Source: Octopus vulgaris (lineage: Eukaryota). Taken from it: 64,000 nt of DNA. The DNA is taken from the NCBI GenBank assembly GCA_951406725.2, contig OX597823.1:111848001-111912000 (forward strand). The letters run 5' to 3'. Of the stretch, positions 25,086 to 39,617 are shown piece after piece. Position 1 is the stretch's first letter; every line of letters begins with the position of its first letter. The translations under genes and the position numbers were made by a program. The notes below the pieces were generated by a model, which was not told the origin of the DNA, ran no database searches, and saw only the letters and a program-made list of their open reading frames with translations.

Positions 25086-25308
25086 CAAACTGATGAACTA
25101 TAAAATGAGTCAGTGGGTAAGCATGTGGTGTAAATTTCAACCTGTTTTCTCACCTTTTTCTCAGTTCAAAAACCAGTTACAGGCTTCCATTTGCCCTCCC
25201 TCAATTGACAGAATATACATTCTGTTACACTTCAGCTAGATATTTTACTAAATTTCCTTTCTAGGACATATATAAACACTGCTTCATTGTCCTTTAAAAA
25301 CAAGTAGG

Positions 25309-25725
25309 AGTAGGAGTGGCTGTGTGGTAAGTAGCTTGCTTGCCAACCACGTGGTTCTGGGTTCAGTCCCACTGTATGGCACCTTGGGCAAGTGTCTTCT
25401 ACTATAACCTCGGGCCGACCAAAGCCTTGTGAGTGGATTTGGTAGACGGAAACTGAAAGAAGCCCATCGTATATATGTATGTATATATATATGTGTGTGT
25501 GTGTTTGTTTGTGTGTCTGTGTTTGTCCCCCCAACATCGGTTGACAACCGATGCTGGTGTGTTTACGTCCCTGTAACTTAGCGGTTCAGCAAAAGGGACC
25601 GATAGAATAAGTACTGGGCTTACAAAGAATAAGTCCTGGGGTCGATTTGCTCAACTAAAGGCAGTGCTCCAGCATGGCCACAGTCAAATGACTGAAACAA
25701 GTAAAAGAGAAAGAGAGTAAAGAGT
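25309..25725 (+). mobile_element. SINE family A
   Basis: Full length. Confidence 0.9.
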
Positions 25726-27365
25726 AAGTATGTTCTCTTCTTCACTCTTTACTGGATAAATTCATTGATAAAGGGAACATTATCTTTTGTAACAAGCCTT
25801 ATCCATTCTTCCTCTTTCCTGATCAGCCTTAAGCTAAGTTGCTTCTTTGGACCCACAATGCTTGTAATGAAATATGTTGTGGTAGGATTTTCATTACCGT
25901 TTGTACCGTTTTAATTAATTTTACTTTTAGTCACCCAATTTACAACTGTAAGTATAAATGTTTTGCCTAAGAGCATTGCTTGTATGTTTGGGATTTTCAT
26001 TGACTTTTTAAAATTCTGTCTTTCATTTTAAAGAAATAAAGGTCATGTTTTTATGAAGCTTCTACTACTAGTAAGCACCTCTTCCTGTTAGCTTTGGGAC
26101 AGTCATCTTACTACAAGCAAATGTTGTAAATGGCTATTTGCTAAAAACATGTAAACATTTAAGATGCTTATAGACAGCTATTCTTCTGGCCCAGGTAATG
26201 GGGCAGACTCACAAGTAATCTGAAAGCCTTCCATTAATAAATGGTAACAAAAGAAAAACAACTTATTTTTGTAAAATAATCCAGTCAAAAATTATTTCCT
26301 TCGCTTTGCTCTCTTAGGGACTTCCTTTTGCTTCAATATACAACAATAAAAAAGAGCAACAAAAACAACAACACCAGCAATCAAAAACAACTTCAATAAA
26401 TTAAATAAAAAGTGTATTGGCATTTTTGTATGAAAGTTGATTCTCCTTTAAACAAATTAGGGTTTCCACTAAAAATAAGAATATTAAATATATAAACAAA
26501 TCTAAGTTATAATGTAAAACAAAATCAAAAAGTATTAAATAGATAAAATAGAATAAAATATCATAGAATTAAATAGAAAGTGAAAGTAGAGAAAAATAAG
26601 TGAAAAATTATCTCAAATCAATAAAAAAATTACCATAAGGAAAAATAGATAGCAAAAACCAAGATAGAAATACAAAATATATAACATATAAAAAGATAAA
26701 TACAGTAATAAGGTGAAATCCTGAATTTAATAATATAAAAAAATAATAAAAATAAGGGGCAAAATGAATATGTAATAAAGAAGAAAATAAATGGTAACAA
26801 GCTAAAAATATAAAAGAATGTAAAGGAAAACATATAAAGTCATATATAAAAATTAAACAGTAAATAGAAATATAATATAAATATAATAATGATATTGGTA
26901 TAAAATCAAATTAAATAAAGTCTAAAATGACAGCAATAAAAAATTTATAAAATTATAGAAAAAACACAGAATATAGAAAAAATATACAATATACTCAGAT
27001 AAAAAAGTTGTAAAATAAATTGAGATAAAATATATTTGATTAGAGAGAGAAAAATAAAAAAAAAATTATATAGTCTGCATGCACAGTCATAGCAAGAAAA
27101 TGCGGAGTTGGTGGTGGTGTTGTTTGTTGGAGCCATCAGGGGGCGTTGATGATCAACCATTAATGTCAGCAGGTATTAATAAAATGAAGGCTATGTACAT
27201 GAAACAAATTAGCTAGGCGAGTGTTTCATGGCGGCTTTTGGCTATTTTTGGAGTCTCCTTTCTATTTATGTGTATATATGTGTCTGTGTGTATACATAAA
27301 TATTTTACAATCTATATATGTATGAATATACACACATAATATATAAATATATGTGTGATTGTATG

Positions 27366-27433
<68 letters not shown>

Positions 27434-27435
27434 TG

Positions 27436-27473
<38 letters not shown>

Positions 27474-28009
27474 TGTATGTATATACACATATTTATCCTT
27501 TTAATTTTCTTTGCAAGTATTTCTTTACTGTTTTGTTTCTTTCCCTGTTAAAAATAACAGGGGCTGAGATGATGGAGAGAAAGAAGTGGGACATAGGGAA
27601 AATGTTAATGAAAGGTGCAGGGGAGTTGGAGAGTGTCAGAATGGAAGAATTTGTCAAATAGAAAAAGACATAAATAGAAGGATGACAGAAGGGTGACAGA
27701 AAGACCATCAGGATGATACCACAGTCCAAATGTATCTAACTGCTGTTTATCTCACTCACACACACACACACATACACACACATACACACACACACATACA
27801 CACACACACACACACACACCCCTATATCAGGTTTCTCATACACATGACATTTATGCATTTGTATATGAATACATACATGTCTTAACACATTGATCATATC
27901 ATTATGTATGTATTTATATGTGTGTGTGTGTGTGTGCGTGTGTGCGTATGTGTGTGTGCATAATAGTATCTAATCAGTGTATCAATTAACATCATCCTCA
28001 TCCTCATCG

Positions 28010-28480
28010 CTAGCATGGGTTGGACGATTTGACTGAGGGCTGGCAAACCAGATGGCTGCACCAGACTCCAGTCTGATCTGGCAGAGTTTCTACAGCTGGA
28101 TGCCCTTCCTAACGCCAACCACTTCAAGAGTGTAGTGGGTGCTTTTACATGCTACCGGCATGAGGGCCAGTTTGGTGGTACTGGCAATGGCCACGATCAA
28201 ATGGTGCTTTTTATGTGCCACCTGCACAGGAGCTAGTCCAGCAGAACTGGCAATGACCTCGCTCGAATGTTTTTTTTCACATGCCACCAACACAAGTGCT
28301 AGTAAGGTGACGCTGGTAACGATCATGCCCGAATGGTGTTTTTAACGTGCCATTGACACAGAGGCCAGCTTGTTGCTCTGGCAATGATCTCAGTCGTATG
28401 GTACTCTAGCAACGGATGCCAGTCACCGAGTTTGATTTTGATTTTGATTTCGATTTCACCTGCCTCAACAGGTCTTCACA
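28010..28480 (-). mobile_element. Family B element with diverged ~60-bp internal repeats
   Basis: Reverse B tail GCTAGCATGGGTTGGACG..GGATGCCCTTCCTAACGCC plus repeated ATGGTGCTTTTTA..GCCACC units. Confidence 0.75.
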
Positions 28481-28884
28481 AAAATCCAATCAATCTTTGA
28501 GTAGTATAAGTTTAATAAACTTCTTCAAATCTTTATCATTTCTAGAAAATGTTAGCATTTAAACAATACTTGAATCAGAGTGTTCTCTGTCATTTTGGTT
28601 AAAGACCGAATATAGCCCTCTGATTGTTTAGAACTAAACTCGTATTAGTTAATTAATTAATTAATTAGTTGATGTTATATGTTGCACAGTATTAGTTCTT
28701 ATTAAGGTAGGTCATTTTCATATGGGTTCAACTAATAAAAGCGAAATAAATTCATGGTATATCAATAAACCAAGTTGTTAGTTAATTTGTAAGCTTAAAT
28801 ATGTTCTTTCATAGCTGCTTATTGATATGTACCAATATAATTGACCGAAATATCATAGGACAATGTAAATAAGTAAATGGTATT

Positions 28885-29288
28885 ACTCTTTTACTCTTTT
28901 ACTTGTTTCAGTCATTTGACTGCGGCCATGCTGGAGCACCGCCTTTTAGTCGAGCAAATCGACCCCGGGACTTATTCTTTGTAACCCCAGTACTTATTCT
29001 ATCGGTCTCTTTTGCTGAACCGCTAAGTGACGGGGACGTAAACACACCAGCATCGGTTGTCAAGCAATGCTAGGGGGACAAACACAGACACACAAACATA
29101 TACACAAACACACACATATATATACGACAGGCTTCTTTCAGTTTCCGTCTACCAAATCCACTCACAAGGCATTGGTCGGCCCGAGGCTATAGTAGAAGAC
29201 ACTTGCCCAAGGTGCCATGCAGTGGGACTGAACCCGGAACCATGTGGTTGGTTAGCAAGCTACTTACCACACAGCCACTCCTGCGCCT
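28885..29288 (-). mobile_element. SINE family A
   Basis: Full length, reverse orientation. Confidence 0.9.
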
Positions 29289-29767
29289 ATGTCAGGAAAA
29301 CTTTTAAAGGGTTGTATAGAATCGTTCAAGGTTTTAAATGCATGTTGCTTTTGGTACTCGCTCTGGTTTGGAGGTGTTAGAGAAATTTTAAAATGCACAG
29401 AGTTCATGATTTCACTCAGAATGTCATAGAGGGTTGCTGCCCCTTGGCTGTATGTAAAGTATATCACTGGATAACCATGAGTGAATATCTCATGAGATAA
29501 TGACGGATCTGAGTGGATATTTATATTTTTTATCCAACTTTGCTGCTGTATGAGGTTTATGCACACCAGTACTCTGAAATCAGCTCATTTCATTCCAGGA
29601 ATGGTGACCTACAACATTTTAAATGTATCATTAATGGCATCCAATTCACAGGTCTTGGAGTGCCTAAAATGGTTATTGGCACAGTCCCTTTCTCCAGGTT
29701 CAGCAAATAAACAAAGTTCTGTGTTGTGTTTTAACACTTTTGAGTTGCAATGAGAAGACATGTGGCA

Positions 29768-30231
29768 CCCTTTCATTACCAACCCGGCTGAAACCAGCTC
29801 TGGTTCTGAGTACAAATGTTTTGTTTTCAAAAATTTTGAACAAAAATCTTCCACCAAACCTGAGTCACAATTTATGTTCATAACACTAGCTTAATGATAA
29901 CCAAGTTATTTTACTAAATTCTTTGTTATATTTAAAGTAATTGAAAGAAACACACAGCATCTCAACAGAAATATGGTGACGAAATGGATAAAGTCACTAT
30001 GATATTTTTTACTCTTTTGATACCAACCTGGTTGAAACTGCCTCTGGCTCTGTAGTACAAGTGTTTTGTTTCATAAGTTTTTAATTAAAATTTTCCACCA
30101 AACCTTAGTCACAATTTATGTTCCTAACACTAGCTTAATGATAACTAAGTTATTTGACTAAATTCTTTGTTATATTTAAAGTAATTGGAAGAAGTACAGA
30201 GCATCTCAAAATAAATACGGTAATGAAAGGG
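29768..30231. mobile_element. Two tandem copies of the 221-bp piggyBac-type MITE
   Basis: Reverse complements of 7026-7246; last copy ends AAAGGG-TTAA. Confidence 0.8.
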
Positions 30232-30626
30232 TTAATAACCAGAGTGTACAGCTCATGATCATAAGGCTACGAGTTCAATTCCTGATGGTGTGTTGAGTCC
30301 TCAAGCTAAACACTTCGTTTCCACTCCAGTCCATTCAGCTGGCAAAAATGAGTTGTACCTGCAACTGAAAGGGACAATCTTGGCACAATCCATGCCAAGC
30401 TGAATCTCTCTGAAAACTACATTAAGGGTGCATGTGTCTGTGTTCGGCCACTTGCACATAAATTTCACAAACAGGCTGTTCTTTTGATCAGATCAACTGA
30501 AGTACTCATTGTCATAGCTGACAGAAAACCAGGCCACAATGCTGCTACATAGCTTAAACTTTATGGTAGTTTACAACACATTTTATATCAACATATTAGT
30601 CACTATGTGATAGTGTAATGTGTAAA

Positions 30627-30957
30627 GGCACATGGCTCAGTGGTTAGAGCGTCGAGCTTATGATCGTGAGGCTGTGAGTTCTAATCCCGGACCAGGCTGC
30701 ATGTTGTGTTCTTGAACAAGACACTTTATTTCACATTGCTCCAGTTCATTCAGCTGTAGAAATGAGTTGCAACTTAACAGGTGCCATGCAGTATGGGCCT
30801 TCACCTTTCTCTTGGTTAACACTGGTGGCGTGAAGAGGGGAGACTGTTATGCATGGGAGACTGCTGGTCTTCCATAAACAACCTTGCCTGGATTTGTGCC
30901 TGGGAGGGCAACTTTCAAGGTGCAATCCCATGGTCATTCATGACCGAAGGGGGTCTC
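30627..30957 (+). mobile_element. tRNA-derived SINE family F
   Basis: GGCACATGGCTCAGTGGTTAGAGCG..GAGTTCTAATCCC..TTCTTGAACAAGACACTTTATTTC; related reverse copies near 14120-14425, 37230-37510, 46075-46380 and 52780-53082. Confidence 0.75.
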
Positions 30958-31429
30958 AGATAGTGTAATAAGATAAGAATTGTCTCTTCTATAAAGTGGG
31001 TGGTTGCTCCACTTGTATGAAGCTGATATTTCTCTTCATTGGAGGTAGTGAGGGGCAGAGTATCTAATGTAAAGTAAGAGTGTGGGTTGGCAGAAAAGTG
31101 GAAGGTGGGACTGAGTATCTGGGTGTCGATATAGATATGAGATGTGAACCAGCAGAAGTATAGTATGTTGTATCTGTGCTTATGGGAAAGTATGAAGAAG
31201 GTCTGGCTATGTTTGCTGCTATATTCATGCTGAAAAATGGTTTAAACCATAGGAATTTTTTATAACTGTACATTCATAAGAAGGTCACTCTGTTGATAGT
31301 CATGAAGTTGATTGTCAAAACACCTCAACAATGCCAAAGTTATTGATGTTATCTGGATTTCTACTCGGTGAATCTGAATGTAAAGAGTGTAAGGAGTCAG
31401 AAGAGGAACAAGTAGTTCATGAGAGTACA

Positions 31430-31713
31430 ACCAGAAAAAGGGATTTCTAAAAGTGCCCTCACTCATGCCAATGTACAATTTTCTATCTTTGCATTACTCT
31501 TTTACTTGTTTCAGTCATTTGATTGTGGCCATGCTGGAGCACCGCCTTTAGTCGAGCAAATTGACCCCAGGACGTATTCTTTGTAAGCCTAGTTCTTATT
31601 TTATCAGTCTCTTTTGCCAAACTGCTAAGTTACGGGGACATAAACACACCAACATCGGTAGTCAAGCAATGTTGGGTGGGGGGACAAACACAGGCATACA
31701 AATATATATACAC

Positions 31714-31762
<49 letters not shown>

Positions 31763-31980
31763 TATGGCGGGCTTCTTTCAGTTTCCATCTACCAAATCCA
31801 CTCACAAGGCTTTGGTCGGCCTGAGGCTATAGTAGAAGACACTTGCCCAAGATGCCACACAGTAGGACTGAACCCAGAAGCATGTGGTTTGTAAGAAAGC
31901 TACTTACCACAGAGCCACTCCAACACCTATTATTACACATATTACATTTCTCTTATGGCAAAACGAATCTTTTACATTCA
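31430..31980 (-). pseudogene. Relic of a GIY-YIG endonuclease (Penelope-like element) interrupted by a SINE
   Basis: Joining the minus-strand flanks of the SINE gives FCHKRNVICVI-K-CKDRKLYIGMSEGTFRN, matching the C..NVIY.I.C..YIG.T/S pattern. Confidence 0.55.
31495..31927 (-). mobile_element. SINE family A
   Basis: Full length, reverse orientation. Confidence 0.9.
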
Positions 31981-33285
31981 AGTCTGTTCTTTTTTGCTTA
32001 AATGTAGCTTGAGTGTAGGTAAGTATATAAAACTCATTTGAATTACAATAGTTATCCCTCCTTTCATGGTTTGTTTCAGATAGCTTTTTGATACAAGGAA
32101 ATATAACTGCAAAAGAAGAATCAAAACTGGATTCGTACACTTGTCTTTCTGAGAAGGTGTATTTTCTGACTGATTATATTTCACATCCTGTGAGAAAGTA
32201 ACTCACTTGCTGTGAGGGCATAATATGATTTATAAAAATCCCCTCATTTCTAGAACCACTACAAAAGACATATGATCTAGCACAGAAACTTATCGAATGC
32301 AGGAAATAGAGGGCATAAAGGAATCTTCAATATATTTATTCAACTCGTTCAATAGACCAGCAAATTATTCATTAACAGATTCCTTACCATTCCATTTATT
32401 TACTAAACCTCTTTATTACTGAAGCACAAATATTCCTCAATTTATTGTGTTGTACCAAACAAACATATTTATGCTGAAATACGCTATTAAAATCTGCTTC
32501 AATTAATTTTAAATTACTGAGCAATTTGGAAAGATTTAGTAAAAATGCTAATGATTTGTTTATGGTTTTATGAAAATGAACAGAAAGCTTTTTATATAAA
32601 TCGCCATGAATAATTATAATTTCAATAGAAGCTCTTTAAGATAGCAGGTTTTTATATTATAGAACTATGGGTGGTCTCAAGTGGGTTACTCTTGAATAAA
32701 GTAGTAGTTTGTCTTTTACATGGTATCTAAAAATGTAAAAAACAAAATACTACTTTTGACGAGGAATTTTGGTAGATCTACCAAAATTCCTTCGCACTAA
32801 GCACCACATGATCATTTGAATGATATTCCTCATAGTGGCTCTATATACAGAGATTGATGACTAATTCTTCCACAAAAAAATTTCCAATATTGAATGATAT
32901 ATTTCATATAAATCCTTAAATCCTTAAAAATGTTTTAGCCCAAAGGCCGCGGCCATGCTGGGGCACCACTGCTGAAATAGGCTAAATTTTAGGATGAAAC
33001 GTCTTTCAGTAAAGGTAAGATACACAAAGTGAAAGTCTTGATCAAAATATTGACTTTAATCCTCTGTCACTGAAAGACTGAAAACCTGCCCCAACAGAGC
33101 TGACAATAATGATAACAACATGAGTGCAGAAGAGAAAGGGAAAAGAGGAAATTTATTATACACTGGTTTAAACTACACATTGTTGCTACTTAATTTACTT
33201 AACCAAATTTCCAAACATTAAAAAAAAGTTATAATTAGGGAACAGCAATAAATAGGAGTCATCTGTAGATATGACAAGTCTTTAA

Positions 33286-33923
33286 GCTTTTAGCATTCAG
33301 ATTTCTCTGTCAAATGTAATGCTTATATATTCACATTGTTTTGACTTAATCATGTATTATCGTAAGAGTGGCTGAGTAGTAAGTAGCTTGCTTACGAACC
33401 ACATGGTTCTGGGTTCAGTCCCACTGCATGGCACCTTGGGAAAGTGTCTTCTACTATAGCCTCAGGCTAACCAAAACCTTGTGAGTGGATTTGGTAGATG
33501 GAAACTGAAAGAAGCCCGTCGTATATATGTATATATATAAATATGCATGTGTGTGTATATGTTTGTGTGTCTGTGTTTGTCCCACCAACATTGCTTGACA
33601 ACCGATGCTGGTGTGTTTACGTCCCCATAACTTAGCAGTTCAGCAAAAGAGATCAATAGAATAAGTGCTAGGCTTACAAAGAATAAGTTCTGGGGTCGAT
33701 TTGCATGACTAAAGGCGGTGCTCCAGCATGGCCACACTCACATGACTGAGGCAAGTAAAAGAGCAAAAGAGTAAAAGAGTATCTTGTAGCTTTGAGATTT
33801 CAATGATGTGTTTATTTTTAGAAGGACATTGAAGGGTAGGTGGGAGAGGCTAGAGCTGGTCACTTTGAACATGAAATAGGTAGAATATTTGGGCCAAATT
33901 TGGCCAGTTTAAATGCAAAAGGG
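33286..33923. mobile_element. Second TTAA-flanked MITE family, interrupted by a family A SINE (33362-33780)
   Basis: TTAA-GCTTTTAGCATT ... AATGCAAAAGGG-TTAA; reverse copy at 42391-43779. Confidence 0.7.
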
Positions 33924-34180
33924 TTAAATAGGAACAAAGTCTTTAGGTCATCAAAAACAATTAAAATTTTGATCAAAGTTTGAAACATGATTTCCAAAAT
34001 GTTTTGATTTGTTCTATCACCATATCTGCACAATAACATAAGCAACAACACTAGCAAGAGTGAGGCCTCTGTATAGTCACTCAGTCTGCTATAAATAGCA
34101 ACCAAATCACACTCAAATCCCAATCAGCTGAAATGAAAATAATAGTAAGGACACCGTAAATACTAAAGTTCTAGATACTA

Positions 34181-34724
34181 CAAGAGTGAGTCAAAAAGTA
34201 ATGCTATTTTGTTTAGGGCAGGTATTATTACCAACACAGGAACATGTATCATACATCAAAATGAAGCTGGTCCTCTGTGGATCACATCCCTATTTCTCAA
34301 CATAGTCACCGTTTCTCTCAATAGCAATGTTCCACCTTCAAATGAGAGCCCCATAAAATTCTGTTGACTGTTCTTTGAGCCACTTCTTCTCTACCTCCAC
34401 ACTCACCAGATTTAGCGCCTTCAAACTATCATCTCTTTGGCCCCATGAAAGAGGGTTCGAGAGGCAAACATTTTTCCAGTGACGAAGAAGTGAAAACTGC
34501 AGTGAAGAAGTGGCTCAAAGAAGAGTCAACAGAATTTTACGGGGCAGGGGTAGATGCTCTCATTCGAAGGTGGAACACTGCTATTGAGAGAAACGGTGAC
34601 TATGTTGAGAAATAGGGATGTGATCCACAGAGGACCAGCTTCATTTTGATGTATGATACATGCTCCTGTGTTGGTAATTATACCTGTCCTAAACAAAATG
34701 GCATTACTTTTTGACTCACCTTTG
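34181..34724. mobile_element. 544-bp fold-back non-autonomous mariner (DD34D-type) derivative
   Basis: TA flanks; arms 34181-34388 / 34505-34724; + strand encodes PPHSPDLAPSNYHLFGPMKE..DEEVKTAVKKWL..FY..LIRRWNTAIERNGDYVEK*. Confidence 0.9.
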
Positions 34725-35574
34725 TAATATAAAGATAGGATGGAATACCTTTAATTATATATTTGTTTTGATCAGGTTTGACCTGGGATGGAATTAGACA
34801 AAGACATAAACAGCAAAACCAACAGAAGCAAACTTCTTTTGCAGTTTATTTTATGCTTATGTCATTACATTCTTACATCTTTAGTTGCTGTGAAAATCAA
34901 TAGAAAAGACACACATGTACACACACTTAAAGTATACACACACACACACATGAAAATACGTATGCACACACATGTGGAAATAAACACACACTTTTACAGA
35001 AATGCACACACACTCACACATTAGAAACGCTTACAAATACACACACTAACAAAAGGCAACGATGCTTAACCTCACATATGTGAACAAACACAAAATCATA
35101 TACACACACATATAGCCATATAAATGATTGCATACATCTACATGCATTCAAGTATGCACATGCACATGCACACATGAACATGCACAAATTTCATTTCAAA
35201 CATTATTTGTTCTTTAAATATATCAGAGAACAGAAATAGTTTGAAAATGGTAAATGCTGAAAAAAAGATAACAACCAGCAAAACCATTTTTTAAGAAACA
35301 TATTTTTCTGTAATAGGCACACATAAGGATGAAAATACATTCATATGTATATATGAGTGTGTATGCATATGTAAGTATATATGTATGTGTATCTGTGTAT
35401 GTGTGTATACGTATGTTTATACATATATATCATATTTAAATATATATATATTTATATAAGTACATATATACATATCTTTATATAAGTGTGTGTGTATTGA
35501 TATATGCATGTATGTATGGATGGATGGATGGATGGAGTGATAGAGATATATAAATAGACAAACAGACAGACAGC

Positions 35575-35636
<62 letters not shown>

Positions 35637-35935
35637 CTCATGCTTAATGGATTTTGAGATTAAAAAGTCTTCTTGTCCTGCAGGGATATAAACAAAACCA
35701 TTTATATACATATCATCATCATCATCATCATCATAATACATATATATATTTATATATATATATATATATATCTTTGTGTGTGTGTATATGTATCTATGTA
35801 TATATGTATGAACATAAAACTACATATGTATTTGTGCATATATACCCGATTGTATACTAATTTATTTCAGGACAACATACATTGTTTTACTTCAATATGT
35901 ATACACAAGATACGTACACAGAATCATAGAAACAT

Positions 35936-35976
<41 letters not shown>

Positions 35977-38324
35977 TGTAAGCATATATGTAAACAATAA
36001 TGAATAAATTTGTATGTCTACATATGAAGATATGTGTGTGTGTGTGTGCATATGTATGTGGGTGTGTGTGTGCATGTGTGTGTGTGTGTCTGTGCAGGTG
36101 CTAAGAACCATTCATTTTGCTTGTGAAATCATTTGCTCCCTCATCCACATCATGATTTAACATCCATGTCCCATGTTGGCATCAGTCAGGGAGCTTGACA
36201 TGATCCAAATGGTCAAAGGACTGAATTGTGTTCAAGTGTCTGCATTGGCATGGTTCCAACACCTGGATGCACCTACCTGTGCTTGCAGTGTCATTTACCT
36301 GAGGTGGATTGAGCTGGAGCTGAGCAACATGTTCCCAACGTCCTTCATGAATGCTGACCACATTCAATGTCCAGCTTGAAAATTTAACAAATGTCCAACT
36401 GGGAGAGCAGCCATGTCAGGTAGTACAAATGCAACAGCCGTAGTCGTCATTTGCTGTTGAGGTGTAGAGTTCGTGTTTGGAGTTTTAGTAGGAACACAAG
36501 TTCACATGTGGTCTCAAGTCACATGAATGTACACTTTGAGATAGTGTGATCCTAAGCAGCTAAACTTGCCATCAATTATCGACCATCATGGAGGATTTGC
36601 TGACTAAGTCACCACCATTTAATGGAGTAGATGTAGCCTGGATATGAAGTAGTTTCTAGAGTCCTGCTTTAACAGAAGCTAAGAGTTACCTCACTCCCAG
36701 TGGTCCTCCAGCATACTGGACACCAACCTAGAATTTCTGAAGGCCTCTGTTATACCTTAGTTAGTTGTTGAACCTACACTAGGTTCACCTGTCCTTTTTT
36801 TCAGTTCTGCTGGGTTTCTATGATGAAGCAATCTTAGTGGGTCAGTTTTGTCGCTGATGATCTGACCATGCAACCGATTGTATTGTATTCCAGGTTACTG
36901 GTAGCACTCTTGAGAGACATCACAAGTAACCTAACATCTTACATCTTACATATTGCCAACTGCTTTATAGCATGTACAGAGTGTTGTTTTTTTCTCTCCC
37001 ACGAACACTAATGAACTTACCATGCAGCTAGCAACACTCCAAACTCCAAGAAAGAATAGCAGTTCCTGCTTGGAGATGAGTGGCTAAAGTATGAGAGAAG
37101 TGGGGGAACAGCAGGTTTCTTGTAGAGGAGCTACAGGGTTCTTCACTTTCATAAGAGAATGTAACTCCTCAATGTAACTCTTCTCCATTTGCTCAGCTTT
37201 CAAACTTATACTTAAGTATATATAAATATGTGATGGACTCTCCCATCGAGGACAATGAATAAGTAGTCAGCTTATGTGACCACAAGTAATTTGTCTATAG
37301 TGATCAAGGGTTCATACTATACATCAGCTCACTCCCTCCATCAAATCAAACTTGCATGGTGTACCATGTGTCAGGTGTCGAAGTGATTGGTGAGCAATGT
37401 GAGATGAAATGCTTTGCTCAAGAACACAACACACCACCCAGTCTAGGAATTGAAACCACGATCTAATGAACATGAGTGCAACACCCTAACCACCAGGCCA
37501 TGCATCCTCACATATAAATATATAAATATATGTGTAGAGTGTTTGAGCGAAATTTGTCTAAATATATGTGTGTGTGTGTGTACACTTATACACATACACA
37601 CATAAATATTAATGCATGCATGCATTTGTGTCTGTGTATCCATCCATCCATCATCATTATTTAATGTCTGTTTTCCATGCTGGCATGGGTTGGATCGTTC
37701 AAAAGGAACTGGAAAGTGAGAATACTGTACCAAATCCTAGCTTTGGTATAGTTTCTATGGCTGGACGATTCTCCTAACACCAACTATTTACAGAGTGTAC
37801 TGGATGCTTTTTATGTGATACCAGTATCAGCAAAGTTCACAAGTAACTTTAAAGACAAGCCCCCTAACCTGAACAGTATTGAGGACAGTAAAAAAAGGGA
37901 GTCTTGCATCCATCATGTACAAAATAGGAAAACATTACAATTAAGAGATACACAGAGTATGATGTTGATTGACTCTATTTCTATCGAGGCAAAAGAGTAG
38001 TTCTGATGCACCAACCAAGGCCGAAGACCATTGATTAGCTTATAATTCCAATTCAATCAAACATTCAGTGTAGGTAAAAGCTGGGATCCAGCAAGGAGGA
38101 CATTGCAGGATAATCCTTGCAGTTCCCATTTGAGGTTTTTCAAGTCAATCTTTCTGATATAAACTTAGCATTTCAGGCTGTTGAGGCTATACACAGTGTA
38201 AAACAAGGTGTAAAATATCTGTAGAAGCAAATCTCTATAACGTTCTTTCTTTCTCTTCTCTCCCCCTCCTTCTGTCGTCTCTACATACAGATGCGCACAC
38301 ATATATGATACAGGTATACATACG

Positions 38325-38401
38325 GACACATATATATATATATATATATATGCACATATACATATATATATATATATATTCATATATATATTACATACAT
38401 T

Positions 38402-38437
<36 letters not shown>

Positions 38438-38441
38438 TATA

Positions 38442-38481
<40 letters not shown>

Positions 38482-38542
38482 CATATATATGTGCGTATGT
38501 ATATAAATATATATATATCTATAAATATATATATATATATAA

Positions 38543-38587
<45 letters not shown>

Positions 38588-39035
38588 TTCATATACATAT
38601 ATATATATATATACAACACACACATATATATATGTATATATGTATTCTTTATGTTTATCTATGATGAATGAATACAGACATACACACGTATATAATTAGT
38701 ACCTGATATATGTAATGCATCTTATTTATTCATTCAAAACTGATTATTCTCTCAGGAGCTATTTCATGTTTCCTATACTCATATATATATATTGATCAGA
38801 GCAGATTAAAGGATGAGCTGCCTCAGTGTTCCTTTCACATGGGTTTATTATTATATATTATATCGTATTCGTTACTATTTACCTGTGTATATATTCCCAT
38901 TTATTTCACTGCATTTCATGCAAGAGATGGGCTAATGATATTTGCATGTAACCTGTTACGTAGCTTTACTTTCCTTGATATTATATTACATATACAGGCT
39001 GTTCACTCTTTCTGCACCTGATATTATCTCGTATA

Positions 39036-39090
<55 letters not shown>

Positions 39091-39099
39091 TTGTATATA

Positions 39100-39152
<53 letters not shown>

Positions 39153-39225
39153 TATACATATATATATATATACACTCATATGTGTATATATATGTATGTG
39201 TGTATATATATATATATACATACAT

Positions 39226-39277
<52 letters not shown>

Positions 39278-39369
39278 ATATGTACATATATATATATATA
39301 CGTATATACTATATATATATATATATATGTGTGTGTGTATACGTACATATATATATATATACGTATATA

Positions 39370-39405
<36 letters not shown>

Positions 39406-39435
39406 TATGTATATATATATATATTTATATATATG
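38325..39435. repeat. Long degenerate (TA)n/(TACA)n tracts with short interspersed fragments
   Basis: Direct inspection; similar tracts at 11900-12960, 39900-40480 and 57960-58135. Confidence 0.9.
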
Positions 39436-39583
39436 CATGTATTGTGAATATGCATGTTAGATAATTTCTTTAGTACCAGTTTCTTTCTGTCACACTATTT
39501 TTCTCCATATTTTCAATCTTTGTGTTGTAACACTATCATCAATGTTTGGAAACAGCAATTTTTTTCTTTGCGTGCGCACGTGT

Positions 39584-39617
<34 letters not shown>

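Noticed and set aside
26340-27070. Strongly A-rich strand-biased region
   Set aside because: Low-complexity sequence without periodicity or element boundaries.
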